Source: an uncultured virus (IMG/VR IMGVR_UViG_3300010885_044417) (Duplodnaviria; Heunggongvirae; Uroviricota; Caudoviricetes). Taken from it: a DNA stretch of 20,000 nucleotides. The position numbers and the translations under genes are program-made. The notes beneath the pieces are model-generated. The model was not told the origin of the DNA. It saw only the letters and a list, made by a program, of their open reading frames with translations, and made no database searches. The stretch is taken from IMG/VR virus record IMGVR_UViG_3300010885_044417; one strand, 5' to 3'. Shown here piece by piece: positions 7,374-15,868 of the stretch; the stretch's first letter is position 1; every line of letters starts with the position of its first letter.

Positions 7374-10300
7374 ATGGCCACTGATTCTTCTTCACTGGCC
7401 AAAGATGTTGACGACGTCTTTGGCGCGCTTTTGGCAACCAAGCCAAAATACGAGCAGGAAGAAGAGAAGAAGCCTGAGGAAATTGCTCCTCTAGGCGAGG
7501 CCGCAAAGCATTTTGATACGGCCCTTAGCTCAGCCATTGACATGCCAGCCGGATACCAGGCTGAACAAACTCCCTATTCTCAGCTTGGGCCTGAGGCCAA
7601 AAAAGTTCAATTTCAATTTGACTCGCTTGAGGCAGGGACTGACCCAAAGAAACTTCGAAAACTTCAGGCTGATGGCGAGCCTCTAACTGAAGACCAAGAA
7701 AGGTCAATCTTTAAAGGCGAGCGTGACGCTCCTCTTAGTGAGCAAGCCAAAGACGTGGCATCTGGTTTTGGCCACGCTGTCAAAAGCCTGGTCTGGGATG
7801 ATCTTCTTGTTGGAGGCGGGAAGACTATTAAAGCTGCAGCGGCTATTCCAATGGCGATGGCCAAACAGACTTACACTAACGACCCGAATGCTTCTGACGA
7901 AGAAGCTCGGCAGCAGTATGCAGAGGCTGAGAAAAAGCATCAGGAAGGAGTCGACGCGGCAAAAGATGAAGCTTACAAAGCAGCTCGCTCATTTACTTCT
8001 GGCGTGGTTCAAGGAGTCGAAGGATTAACTGGCACCGCAGTTCGCGGCGCCATGTACGGCACTGGAATTACTGACCGAATCCGCGAACAGCCTGGCGGAA
8101 ATATGATCATGGACGCCGTTCTTTCTGGAGGATCAGAAGACGCGGCATTGCTTTCGGCTCTCAATCTTGGCTCCGAGCAAAACCGCCCCTCGGGAATGCC
8201 TACCGGAAAATTTAAGGGCCGGGACGTTGCTGGAAATATCGATCTTGACAGCCGGCCTATCGTCCAGAACGAAGATGGTTCTGTTAGCACGGTTCGGTCG
8301 ATGTCGTTTAATGACGGCGAGCATGAAGTCTTAGTTCCTACAGTCAGTCCAGACGGCAAAATTCTTTCCAACGAGGACGCTATTAAGCTGTACCGTGAAA
8401 CTGGCCAACACCTTGGGAAATTTAAGACTGTCGAAGATGCTGATGCTTACGCCGAAGCACTTCACAAAGCGCAAGAGGCCCGGTACGCAACCCCTGCCGG
8501 GGTAGATCCTGGGCAAACAGAAGAACAATCTTTCCAGAACTGGCGGAACCGCGAGCAGATGCGGCGCATGGAAGCTGAAGAAAATCAGCAAAATCCAGAC
8601 CGCGCGGCTGCCGTAATGGCGGAGCTTACAAGAATGGTCCCGGTTGGTGACCAGAAATTTCGTGAAGAGGTTGCGCAAAACATTCTTGACAATCAAATCA
8701 CGCCTGACCCAAATATCGCAGGCTTTGGTATGGCTGTGTCGCCAATTAACCCGGTCGTCTTTGGGGCTGGGCCGTTAAACAAACTGATTGGAGGAGTCGT
8801 AGATAAAGGTGCTGAAGGAGTACTTCGGGCAGCCCTTAAACCGACGGTGGCTGGAATGCACCCGATTGAGGCGCTTGGAGTTGGCCTCCAAAAAGTGGCT
8901 TCTGGAACGCAGACTGCCGGAAAGCGTCTGAGTGATTTTCTTACTGGAACCGAGGATTCGGCAGTGGCTAAGTTTTTTGATCCACTGGTCGTTGCGACTA
9001 AGCGGCCGGGAATGGTTCTTGAAGGAACTGGCCGAATTGCTAGGGATCTTGGCCGTCAGATTGACGAAGGCGGATTCATGGGCCGGACCGGGGTATTCCA
9101 GCGTGCCGGACAAGATGCCGAGTCTGGTAACTTTGTCAAAACAGTGTTTGGCCAGGGCGCGGAGAAAGAGCGCCCACGCGGCGCTGGTCGCGTCGCAGAA
9201 GATACCGAAGGTGCATCTAAGCCCCTTAGGATCGGACCTACCACGGCCAAAGCTGCAGATTGGGTTTCCAGTACCGCGTACAACCTAAACAAGCATGGCC
9301 TCAGCGGCGGAATTATCGGGGTCGCTTTAGGAACTCCAGACATCGAAAATGCCGAGCAATTCGGAGCAGCTGCCGGTTCTGGCTATGCTTTAGGAGCTGC
9401 GCTGTCAACCAGGCCGGTCGGCAAAGTTGTCGATGTCCTGAATCCCAAGACTTCGTTCAAGCAGAAGGTTGACGCGGTCCTAGGTAAAGACGCGGCTGAG
9501 CGGCGGGCTGACGAGGATGCCGACATTGCCAGATTCCGAGCTACGGCAAGCCCAGAAATTCTAGCTCAGACCGACAGCTTTGGGTCTCAAGAATCTCACG
9601 TCCAAGCTTGGGACAACCACATCTCCCAGCTTCAGCAAGCCAAGGACGAGCTCTCAAAATCTGGCGGTGACACTAAGAATGCTGATGCGCAAATTGCAGC
9701 CGCCCAAAAAATTCGAGAATCCTTAGCAAAAGCTTCTCCAGACCAATTCAACGAAGTTCAGCGTCGGATCAATTTAACGGTAGCCGATGCTCTCGACCTG
9801 GCCAAGACTACCGGGGAAGCTGTGGGTCTTAACGGCTTGAATGTGCATTTTCTGGATTCAAGCCAGATGCCGGAGTTCATCATGAACAAGTGGGGAAAAA
9901 CCCTCACTGATGCCACCGCGGTTATTGACCAACTCGGCGGAAAGACCGACTTATCACAGTCTGAAAAAGAAAGCCTTTTGAGGGCCCGCGAAACAGTAGC
10001 CGAGGTCGAGAATCAACTTCAAATGTGGCCGAACCAGCGTGGTTTTGCCTTATCCCCCAATGAAATTGAAGAAGACACTCCTGCGCATCTTCGCATGGGC
10101 AATTTGCAAGGCCCTGAGATTGTAGTTAACGCGGACCTAATTCGTTCACAGCTTGGCACAAATCTGAGCCACGTTTTAGGCCATGAAGTTTTAGTCCACG
10201 GTCTTGGTCAGTTTAAGGAAGTTCGGGCGCTGATGCAGCCCATTCGCGAAAAGCTTTTTGGCATTCGCACCAAGAATATCGATGGGTCAGTCGATGAGAT

Positions 10301-13300
10301 TTCCCCAGGCATTATTTCAAATGAGGCCCTTGACAAGATGGCCGAAGTCTACGGCTTAAAGATGGGCGGAGGAAATCCCGCGGCTGCCGCTGCCTGGAAG
10401 TCTGGCTTTAAAGACCAAGAGCAACTTCGCGACTACATGCGTGAAGAGTATCTAGCGGAACTTTCTGGCCTTTCGCATAACGGAACTGGCGACCTGCGCG
10501 CTACGCTGGATTCTCCTGGCCAAGCTATCTCTGACTGGTTAGCCGTGCAATCTGATAACTCTGTGGTCGGTAAACTTAGAGACATGCTCGGCTTAAAAGG
10601 TATTGTTCTTGACGATCAGGGCAAAGTCTCGGATATTCTCGGCACGACTCTCGATCCCCAGGCTTTGGCAATGGTGCGTCAGTACCAGCGCAAACTTTCG
10701 GACCTTAACCGCGGTTTGTCGTTTGACTCAAGTAAAGCTAGCGACGTCGACATTTCGCTCAGCGAGGCGATGACCAACCGAGCAGTGCAAGAAAAGACCA
10801 AAGACCAAGATCTTTGGGAAAAAGAGCAGGTCTATCAAGTCAAAGACCAAAATGGAAATGTCATCGCCGAGATTCCAATTTCTAGCGAGAATGAAGCCAA
10901 TGGGCTGATTGGAGAATATCGCATCGAGAATGGATACCTAGTCGATGAAAAAGGCAACATGATGGAGCTTACGCCGGAACTGCGCAATGCTGCAATTCCT
11001 GGCGACGCCAAAATTTCTATTGAGAACCGAATTCTACGCAACCCAGATGGATCGCCTAAGATTCTAACTAATCGAGAAATCAGAGCTAGGGCCCGCGAGC
11101 GCAACCGATTAATCCGAGAAGCGCTTGATAATGCTCCGCAAGATGGATTTGAAGGCCGTCTCGAAGACATTGGCAACGGAGTCTACCGCGGCACAATGAG
11201 CCCGTCTCAAATTGCGGCTGTGATGGCTTTGCCAAATCGAATTGTGAGTCCCTCGTTAAAGCGCAAGATTGTGCAGTTCAATGAAGTCCTGCAGCGTAAA
11301 GACGGAAGCCGAGTCATTGTAGAGTATCAAGCTGCCTTGCGCGGAGGCGGATACAAGTCTCTGTCTCCCCGCATTCGGGACCTTGCGCCAATTGGATTCC
11401 ACTTTAGCAAAGACGGGAACTTCCTAGCTGTCAACATGTCTGTCAGCAGAATGTTTGATAAGCTGAATGCCTGGGTTTCGCAGAAGCCGGAGAATCTCAA
11501 TCTCTGGGGTCGCGACACCGGAAAGTTCTGGGAAGATGTCACTAAGGTCCTTGCCAACCACGCAGCAGGAAAACATGCTGAGGAAGGCCTTGACGTAGAT
11601 CCTGAAATTGCTCTGCAAAAGAAGAATCGTGTCAACGACTTTTTTAACATTTTTGTCAAGGACACTAAGCACCTAAATCCTGATCGTACGGTCCTAAAAA
11701 CCCGCCGCGGTCAAGATTCTGCGGATCGAATCATTATGTCGACCCGCATGGATCGCATCAACGCTATGGAGCTTTCTAACGCCGAGAAGCTTCCAGTGAA
11801 TTACGAAAAGATGAAGGTCAACTTCATGCCGCGAGGTAACTCTGCGGACAACGAGTTTTGGAACTCAGCTAGGCAGACGCTTTCAAACCGCGATGCTTTT
11901 GAAACTCGCGATGTGACTTTCAATGAGTCCGATGGGCCAAAGCCTCGCCGCGTTCTAAAGAGCGCTCCGCCCCAACCTGTTGGCGACACTCCGGCTTTTG
12001 CCGAATGGCAGCTCTCCAACATGGAGTTTGGCGCGGACGCTGGCTACACGGTGGCTCAGCTTCAAGACTTTGCCGCGCAAAACAAATTTAAGTCTGGCGT
12101 AGGCAAAGAGTTTGCTAAAGATGCAAAAGAAAGAATTACGGCAAAAGAGTCTGATGCCATTCGAGATCAGCTAGCCAGAGATAACGGATTTGAACCGCAA
12201 GGTGAGCACGAGCCAAATCCTGTATTTAGAGCTCGGCTTGAGGCTGCCAAAAAAGATCCAAACGGAGTCTTTAACCCAAAGTCGCCAAACTACCGGATGT
12301 TTTTAGATTGGCATGGTCAGCCTTTTACGCTGCATGAGCAAGCCGTCGACTATTGGACGTCGTCTAACTCAACCTCGCAGCATATCAGCGCGCATGACTT
12401 AGTGAGCCAGCATGGCCTAGAGCAAGCCATGAAGATTGCTGCTGACCAGTCTTCAGTCGTTGGAAAAAATCTTTATGGCAACAGCTACGGGTTAACGCCA
12501 AAAACTTTTACCACTGAGCCTGTAGGCCACGCGGCTGGGACAATTTCAAAAACCTATTACGATCTTCGGTCAACCCCAGAAGCTATTCGCCATGTCGAGC
12601 TTAATGGCTTGATTGAAAAAGCCGCCGAAGAACTTCGCAACATTGACTACGGATACGAGAATAACGAAGTGCGCAAAGCTAAAGAGCGAGAAATCAGAGA
12701 GCTCAAGCTAGAACAAGCTGACTTGGCCACAAGGCTTTCAGCCATGGCCGCCGTAAAATACTTTTCGGAGCGAAATCCGAACACTGCGCTATTCTCTTCT
12801 GGCGACCACGCCCAAGAGATTTTTAGCCAGCTAGGGTCTGAAGCAGCGGATTCATTTAAGCAAGGAACCAAAGTTTACCGCGGTCTTCTCCTAGACGAAG
12901 AGTATCATGGCAGCTTTATTAAGCGCAAAGGCGACGAGACCCTGGCTTCTAGAATTGAGAAAGCGCTGGCTGAAGACGGGTACTTTGATCTGCCTACTCG
13001 AGCATTGACCAGCTGGACGCAGACTGAAAAGTTAGCCTCGACGTTCTCTCGCCATGGTCAAGGCCAAAAAGACTACAACTCATCGGGAACCGGAATTGTA
13101 ATTACTCACGAGCCTGCCGCTTCCGAAGTTGTGATGCATCCTGGCATGCCGACGTACCAGTCAATCTTTGCCTACCGCAAGGCTAACGGTTACAAGTTCA
13201 ATAGCGGCGGGATGGACCAAAAAGAAGTCATCCTACGGTCTGAGCCTGGCGTATTCCGCTTGACTCCGGAGAATACAAAGTTTGTGAAGTTTATGCCTAG

Positions 13301-14717
13301 CGAAGGAGGAAGCCGGTTTAGCGAAAGCCTGGCTGAACCTAGCGAGAGGCAGCTTAGCGAGACCGAGAGAAACGAGCTTGCCGACTACATAATGACCAAC
13401 ATGGTTAGGCGTCCAGCCTTGCTATCGACTTTGGCGCAGCGTGAACTCTCGGAGCCCGCAACACTTTTCCGGCTTGGATTTGAGCTGCATCCTAAAATGC
13501 GCGAAGGACTAGTCGTTGACATTTCTAATAAGGGAGAAAACTTTGCTTCATTCAGCAAGCGTGACTTAGTCAATGACCCTGACGCCCAAGAAGCTATTTG
13601 GTCCCCACTTGGCAATGAGAGTGTCGATGACTTGCCTGTCACGTACATTATTTCAAATGCTAGCCGAGGATTTGAAGTACCTTACCATGAGCTCGACGAG
13701 GATCCTTCATTTGCGAGTGTTGACCATCTTAGAAACCAAGAGGAGGTCTTAGTCACTGGAAAATACCGCGTCAACGGGATTAGCGTGGAGAATGGGCGCA
13801 CGTTTGTTAATCTGGCTGAAGCGCACGACTCAATTACGCCAAATGCCCATGTGTGGTTTATGCCAGACTCCGGAATGGATGCTGACATGAATCTAGATCA
13901 TGAAGCTTTCTTAGACCACCTCGAAGATAACTACCGAGATGGCGTGATTCCAGTTTCGCACTCGCTGCCTAGGAAGTTCTGGGAAGCCGCTCAACGGAAA
14001 GGTTACCTCGGAGATGCCGGAGATTTCGATGGCGTATTTGCAACTTTGGGAGACAAGAGCGACTTTTATTCTGGAAAAGACCGCGTCCACGTGACCGCGC
14101 ATTTGCCTGCTGACAAGTACCTTGAGCACCTGACTCCGGATATGCGCTATGATGACGTGCAGCATTTTGTAGAAGAGCATCCTTATGCTGATGGCGGGGA
14201 CGTCTACGTGAATGCCCCGATCCCACTTGAGCATATTGTGAGCGTGGACGGAACAAAGTTTATGCCTTCGGGCTCTGAGTCGGCTAAAGAAGGCCTCAGC
14301 CTGGAGCAAGCCGAATTCACGGGCCTAGAACCTGCGGCTTTAGGTGGGGCGAGAGTGCCTAATCCTATGGAACCTTCCGACGCGCCCAGTGCCGCGCCAT
14401 TAAGCTTGGCGGCCGCTCCTGGCGAAGTCTACAGGCAGAAGTGGGAGCAAGCCCGTGTGGTTGATGGTTCTGAGGCCAGGCCCCAAGACCAGAAACTCTT
14501 TTTAGTCACGGTTGTAAAACCTAATGGGGAGCGGCTTGAAGACACATTCCCCATCCGGGCCCTGACCAGAGACAAAGCTTTTGAAGGACTTAAAGACCTG
14601 CGCCGAAAAATCTTTACGCGGTACCAAGGAAAAGCCGACCTGATGGTTTCCGAGATAAGCCCAGAAATGGACAGCGGCCCGGTTGATTGGGCCGCTCTCC
14701 GAGATGCTGCTCGCTAG
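7374..14717 (+). CDS. Giant polyvalent internal virion protein (2447 aa): zincin-like metallopeptidase motif plus three ADP-ribosyltransferase-like modules
   Basis: Uninterrupted 7.3 kb ORF at the end of the virion block. Motifs: HEVLVHG...EEYLAE; VYRG...TSWT...QKEV; LFR...FASFS...QEEV; VSHS...GVFAT...IPLEHI; four FMP linkers. Confidence 0.85.
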   Translation: MATDSSSLAKDVDDVFGALLATKPKYEQEEEKKPEEIAPLGEAAKHFDTALSSAIDMPAGYQAEQTPYSQLGPEAKKVQFQFDSLEAGTDPKKLRKLQADGEPLTEDQERSIFKGERDAPLSEQAKDVASGFGHAVKSLVWDDLLVGGGKTIKAAAAIPMAMAKQTYTNDPNASDEEARQQYAEAEKKHQEGVDAAKDEAYKAARSFTSGVVQGVEGLTGTAVRGAMYGTGITDRIREQPGGNMIMDAVLSGGSEDAALLSALNLGSEQNRPSGMPTGKFKGRDVAGNIDLDSRPIVQNEDGSVSTVRSMSFNDGEHEVLVPTVSPDGKILSNEDAIKLYRETGQHLGKFKTVEDADAYAEALHKAQEARYATPAGVDPGQTEEQSFQNWRNREQMRRMEAEENQQNPDRAAAVMAELTRMVPVGDQKFREEVAQNILDNQITPDPNIAGFGMAVSPINPVVFGAGPLNKLIGGVVDKGAEGVLRAALKPTVAGMHPIEALGVGLQKVASGTQTAGKRLSDFLTGTEDSAVAKFFDPLVVATKRPGMVLEGTGRIARDLGRQIDEGGFMGRTGVFQRAGQDAESGNFVKTVFGQGAEKERPRGAGRVAEDTEGASKPLRIGPTTAKAADWVSSTAYNLNKHGLSGGIIGVALGTPDIENAEQFGAAAGSGYALGAALSTRPVGKVVDVLNPKTSFKQKVDAVLGKDAAERRADEDADIARFRATASPEILAQTDSFGSQESHVQAWDNHISQLQQAKDELSKSGGDTKNADAQIAAAQKIRESLAKASPDQFNEVQRRINLTVADALDLAKTTGEAVGLNGLNVHFLDSSQMPEFIMNKWGKTLTDATAVIDQLGGKTDLSQSEKESLLRARETVAEVENQLQMWPNQRGFALSPNEIEEDTPAHLRMGNLQGPEIVVNADLIRSQLGTNLSHVLGHEVLVHGLGQFKEVRALMQPIREKLFGIRTKNIDGSVDEISPGIISNEALDKMAEVYGLKMGGGNPAAAAAWKSGFKDQEQLRDYMREEYLAELSGLSHNGTGDLRATLDSPGQAISDWLAVQSDNSVVGKLRDMLGLKGIVLDDQGKVSDILGTTLDPQALAMVRQYQRKLSDLNRGLSFDSSKASDVDISLSEAMTNRAVQEKTKDQDLWEKEQVYQVKDQNGNVIAEIPISSENEANGLIGEYRIENGYLVDEKGNMMELTPELRNAAIPGDAKISIENRILRNPDGSPKILTNREIRARARERNRLIREALDNAPQDGFEGRLEDIGNGVYRGTMSPSQIAAVMALPNRIVSPSLKRKIVQFNEVLQRKDGSRVIVEYQAALRGGGYKSLSPRIRDLAPIGFHFSKDGNFLAVNMSVSRMFDKLNAWVSQKPENLNLWGRDTGKFWEDVTKVLANHAAGKHAEEGLDVDPEIALQKKNRVNDFFNIFVKDTKHLNPDRTVLKTRRGQDSADRIIMSTRMDRINAMELSNAEKLPVNYEKMKVNFMPRGNSADNEFWNSARQTLSNRDAFETRDVTFNESDGPKPRRVLKSAPPQPVGDTPAFAEWQLSNMEFGADAGYTVAQLQDFAAQNKFKSGVGKEFAKDAKERITAKESDAIRDQLARDNGFEPQGEHEPNPVFRARLEAAKKDPNGVFNPKSPNYRMFLDWHGQPFTLHEQAVDYWTSSNSTSQHISAHDLVSQHGLEQAMKIAADQSSVVGKNLYGNSYGLTPKTFTTEPVGHAAGTISKTYYDLRSTPEAIRHVELNGLIEKAAEELRNIDYGYENNEVRKAKEREIRELKLEQADLATRLSAMAAVKYFSERNPNTALFSSGDHAQEIFSQLGSEAADSFKQGTKVYRGLLLDEEYHGSFIKRKGDETLASRIEKALAEDGYFDLPTRALTSWTQTEKLASTFSRHGQGQKDYNSSGTGIVITHEPAASEVVMHPGMPTYQSIFAYRKANGYKFNSGGMDQKEVILRSEPGVFRLTPENTKFVKFMPSEGGSRFSESLAEPSERQLSETERNELADYIMTNMVRRPALLSTLAQRELSEPATLFRLGFELHPKMREGLVVDISNKGENFASFSKRDLVNDPDAQEAIWSPLGNESVDDLPVTYIISNASRGFEVPYHELDEDPSFASVDHLRNQEEVLVTGKYRVNGISVENGRTFVNLAEAHDSITPNAHVWFMPDSGMDADMNLDHEAFLDHLEDNYRDGVIPVSHSLPRKFWEAAQRKGYLGDAGDFDGVFATLGDKSDFYSGKDRVHVTAHLPADKYLEHLTPDMRYDDVQHFVEEHPYADGGDVYVNAPIPLEHIVSVDGTKFMPSGSESAKEGLSLEQAEFTGLEPAALGGARVPNPMEPSDAPSAAPLSLAAAPGEVYRQKWEQARVVDGSEARPQDQKLFLVTVVKPNGERLEDTFPIRALTRDKAFEGLKDLRRKIFTRYQGKADLMVSEISPEMDSGPVDWAALRDAAR
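10182..10460 (+). other. Zincin-like metallopeptidase motif in the giant protein
   Basis: HEVLVH (HExxxH, 10182-10199) preceded by a beta strand (EIVVNAD) and followed by EEYLAE (10443-10460). This layout is typical of metallopeptidase domains in phage and plasmid polyvalent proteins. Confidence 0.65.
12870..13289 (+). other. ADP-ribosyltransferase-like domain 1 (R-S-E clade)
   Basis: VYRG at 12873, TSWT....A..F at 13008, QKEVIL at 13218. Confidence 0.75.
13299..13856 (+). other. ADP-ribosyltransferase-like domain 2 (R-S-E clade, VIP2/C3-like layout)
   Basis: Helix LSETERNELADYI, TLFR at 13461, FASFS at 13542, QEEVLVTGKYRV at 13737. Confidence 0.75.
13866..14258 (+). other. ADP-ribosyltransferase-like domain 3 (His-type, Tpt1/KptA-like fold)
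   Basis: VSHS (His at 13959) followed by helix ...AAQRKGYL, GVFAT at 14031, and a terminal IPLEHIVSV (cf. IPxxxI of this fold). Confidence 0.5.
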
Positions 14718-14832
14718 GATCGTCGCTGGATTTCCCAAGCTACTAGCAGCAGCCCGAGTGGGACTGCCGCTTTAAAGGCGCCTTCAAAAAACCAGAGAAT
14801 TGACTGTCCGATAAGAATTGGGTCGTCCATGG

Positions 14833-15546
14833 TTACTTAAGCTTGGTGGTGAAGTCAATGCTGGATCCGACTTGGCGTCCATGCTGGAAGGCAGCTTTGT
14901 CCATGCCGGCTCGGCTGCGGCTGCGAGCCGAGGTCGTCTTAAGGTTCTCGTCAACCCACTGCTCAATGCGGTCTTTCTTGGCGGCAAGAACCAGAGCAAA
15001 CCGATCCTGCTCGTCCTTCTTGAACTTGCGCATCTCAGCCTGCTTGCCGTGAGTGGACTCTTCAATGAATCCCTTGGCTACTCCGCGGAAGAACGAGTTG
15101 GCTGTGTGCGTGTTCCACTTGGTGTCCGTCATCTTGAGATGGCGATTAAGGCCGGTCTTCATGGCCTCGTAGATGAGAGGCAAAGCCATCTTAGCAGCCT
15201 CAACATCGACAGGCTCGCCCACAAAAAGGTAGGCATGGCGGTAGGTGTGCTTGGCAGAATCCCAAGCTTGCGTGAACAGGACTTTGACCTCAAAGACCTG
15301 GTGAATCACGGCAGGGATCCAGCGGTCCTCGTCACGACGGCGACGGCCGGTGTTAATTGTCTCCTGCTGAAACGCCTCGGCAGGCTTGTCCTCGATCTGC
15401 ATCTGCTCGATGCCGTGGCGGATCATCAGCTCCTTGGCTTTGCGCATCGCAATCTCGGTCTCATTCTGGCTGGCGCCATTGGCGGGATCGGCCATCTTGA
15501 AGAGGTTGCGGATCTTGTTGATGATGGATTCGTTTTCTGGGTTCAT
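14833..15546 (-). CDS. DUF2786-domain protein, 237 aa
   Basis: IINKIRNLFKMAD...SQNETEIAMRKAKELMIRHGIE is the DUF2786 N-terminal pattern. The rest (FVGEPVDVEAA...NSFFRG...AAFQHGRQVG.SIDF) fits the same family. Start set at ATG 15546 because a separate ORF occupies 15566-15745. Confidence 0.85.
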   Translation of the reverse strand: MNPENESIINKIRNLFKMADPANGASQNETEIAMRKAKELMIRHGIEQMQIEDKPAEAFQQETINTGRRRRDEDRWIPAVIHQVFEVKVLFTQAWDSAKHTYRHAYLFVGEPVDVEAAKMALPLIYEAMKTGLNRHLKMTDTKWNTHTANSFFRGVAKGFIEESTHGKQAEMRKFKKDEQDRFALVLAAKKDRIEQWVDENLKTTSARSRSRAGMDKAAFQHGRQVGSSIDFTTKLK

Positions 15547-15565
15547 GGTGGCGAAGTCGGAGATA

Positions 15566-15745
15566 TTAGAGAGCGATGAGTTCGCCGTTGCAGCCTTCAT
15601 CGTAGAATCCCCAAGTGAGCTTGAAGGTCGGGAGGATAGAGGCTTCGATCTTGCGGGCTTGCTCGCGGGTCCCGTTAAAGGAACGGCCGTCAAAGTAGAG
15701 TCCGGTGATCTTGTTGCGGGCGATGTAGTGGGTGGTGTTATTCAT
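15566..15745 (-). CDS. Small hypothetical early protein, 59 aa (not in ORF track)
   Basis: My translation: MNNTTHYIARNKITGLYFDGRSFNGTREQARKIEASILPTFKLTWGFYDEGCNGELIAL*. Strong C-ending codon bias like its neighbours. The ATG is 10 nt downstream of a -10 box. Confidence 0.8.
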   Translation of the reverse strand: MNNTTHYIARNKITGLYFDGRSFNGTREQARKIEASILPTFKLTWGFYDEGCNGELIAL

Positions 15746-15755
15746 GACAGTGCTG

Positions 15756-15802
15756 AATGTACCTGGCTGCTAGCTAAGAGTAAATGACTATTTTGAGGGT
15801 TT
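15756..15802 (-). promoter_or_regulatory. Sigma70-like early promoter A
   Basis: Minus strand reads TTTACT (15784-15779), 17 nt spacer, TACATT (15761-15756), with an A-rich upstream element. Shares motifs with promoter B. Confidence 0.7.
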
Positions 15803-15806
15803 CGTG

Positions 15807-15846
15807 AAAAAGTTTAGGGGCCCCAAGGGATAGAACCTTGGAGCCC
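15807..15846 (-). terminator. Probable intrinsic terminator downstream of the DUF932-like gene
   Basis: Minus-strand stem GGGCUCCAAGG/CCUUGGGGCCC (11 bp, one U-G pair) with a 7 nt loop, followed by CUAAACUUUUU. The U-tract is displaced from the stem. Confidence 0.55.
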
Positions 15847-15868
15847 TTTGCGGAGAAGCCGAAGGGAC

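Larger units (their letters stand above)
11823..14267 (+). repeat. Four in-frame FMP peptide motifs delimiting C-terminal modules
   Basis: VN-FMP-R (11823), VK-FMP-S (13290), VW-FMP-D (13857), TK-FMP-S (14259). The DNA aagtttatgcct is identical at 13287 and 14256. Confidence 0.85.

Noticed and set aside
14745..14771. Hairpin between the convergent gene blocks
   Set aside because: The stem is imperfect (bulge and mismatch) with no clear U-tract on either strand. It may be a terminator but is too weak to list.
4885..14813. Amber (TAG) recoding: in-frame ATG...TAG upstream of 4924, and 31 open codons after the giant gene's TAG
   Set aside because: All genes, including a 2447-codon one, are intact under the standard code, so there is no fragmentation pattern. 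The TAG at 4909 overlaps the SD.
14818..15579. 253 aa + strand ORF
   Set aside because: Antisense shadow of the DUF2786-like gene, with the Leu/Val/Gly-rich composition typical of such frames.
15547..15693. TTG-start extension of the DUF2786-like ORF
   Set aside because: Ser/Pro-rich, non-protein-like sequence that overlaps a better ORF (15566-15745) in another frame.
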